This document shows, in pieces, positions 39,908-40,104 of a stretch of DNA of 40,104 bases (position 1 is its first letter; each line of letters starts with the position of its first letter). Location of the stretch: IMG/VR virus record IMGVR_UViG_3300038505_000020, positions 1-40,104 of that record, one strand, 5' to 3'. The notes beneath the pieces were generated by a model. That model made no database searches, was not told the DNA's origin, and saw nothing but the letters and a program-made list of their open reading frames with translations. Origin of the DNA: a virus. Position numbers and translations under genes: made by a program.

Positions 39908-40104
39908 CTATTTTACAAAAAAAGATTTCTTCTTTACAATTGTAAGAACTCGAATTAATCCACTTAGAGAATCCGGGGCGTCGTCTGGCTCTTCTCCTTC
40001 AATGTAAGAAATAACTTGACTTACGTAATCTCTGTCTATATCATTTGCAAATCTTATCCTGTCCCAATTTTTTAAAACAGTGTTTTCAATCCTAATATGT
40101 TTAT
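39908..40104 (-). CDS. terL: Terminase large subunit, C-terminal end (continuation of the 1..1215 feature).
   Basis: The frame continues ...SYIEGEEPDDAPDSLSGLIRVLTIVKKKSFFVK, with stop TAG at 39910..39908. The DDAPDS acidic motif is typical of TerL nuclease C-termini. Confidence 0.85.
   Translation of the reverse strand, partial: KHIRIENTVLKNWDRIRFANDIDRDYVSQVISYIEGEEPDDAPDSLSGLIRVLTIVKKKSFFVK
39998..40104. repeat. Terminal overlap, right copy of bases 1-107.
   Basis: Same 107-nt string as at the window start. The open terL reading frame continues seamlessly from position 1 into 39997. Confidence 0.95.

Noticed and set aside
1-40104. Stop-codon reassignment (as in some AT-rich phages) or a Mycoplasma-type code.
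   Set aside because: Genes are contiguous and full-length under the standard code. TGA (terS, peptidase), TAA and TAG all terminate well-supported ORFs at sensible gene boundaries.

Overview
The window is a complete, circularly closed phage genome. Bases 1-107 are identical to 39998-40104, so the unique unit is 39,997 bp, and the large terminase gene runs across the window junction. By eye it is very AT-rich (well under 30% G+C), and most genes have strong AGGAG-type ribosome binding sites. Lipoprotein and spanin-type genes suggest a diderm host.

Gene layout:
- One minus-strand block of about 30 kb runs from 10011 down through position 1 and on from 39997 to 20152.
  - It starts with early genes: paralogous small proteins, a RecB/Cas4-like nuclease, a duplicated replication initiator with an internal iteron origin, a VRR-NUC nuclease, and a possible annealing protein.
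  - It continues with ParB-like nuclease, TerS and TerL, then prohead protease/scaffold, capsid and connectors.
  - It ends with a contractile tail (sheath, tube, frameshifted chaperone, tape measure), baseplate (hub, spike, W, J, I), a collar-domain tail fiber, an assembly protein and a holin-like gene.
- The remaining 10 kb (10.0-20.15 kb) is a mosaic.
  - It holds a rightward lysis cassette: C39-like peptidase, an embedded XRE HTH gene and a u-spanin-like lipoprotein.
  - It holds a leftward early operon of unknown and membrane proteins, led by a membrane-anchored HTH protein.
  - It holds a displaced, inverted portal plus MuF block.
  - It holds an island with tRNA-Asn(GUU), a truncated host-like GDSL lipoprotein gene and two promoter-equipped ORFs.
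- I could not recognise an integrase, excisionase, classical repressor, DNA methyltransferase, reverse transcriptase or CRISPR array.

Most unusual observations:
1. The palindrome CAATTG is extremely over-represented: about 100 copies by manual count, often as ACAATTGT and mostly read as Thr-Ile-Val. There is one 3-kb desert, and it coincides with the tRNA/host-fragment island.
2. A family of TCTCTAC-N4-GTAG palindromes sits at early promoters and is fused to intrinsic terminators.
3. Several other families of duplicated intergenic modules are present.
4. The terL start needs a -1 shift in an A9 run.
5. An origin-like iteron / AT-rich / iteron structure lies inside the rep gene.

All protein calls come from motif recognition by eye. 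No database search was possible.
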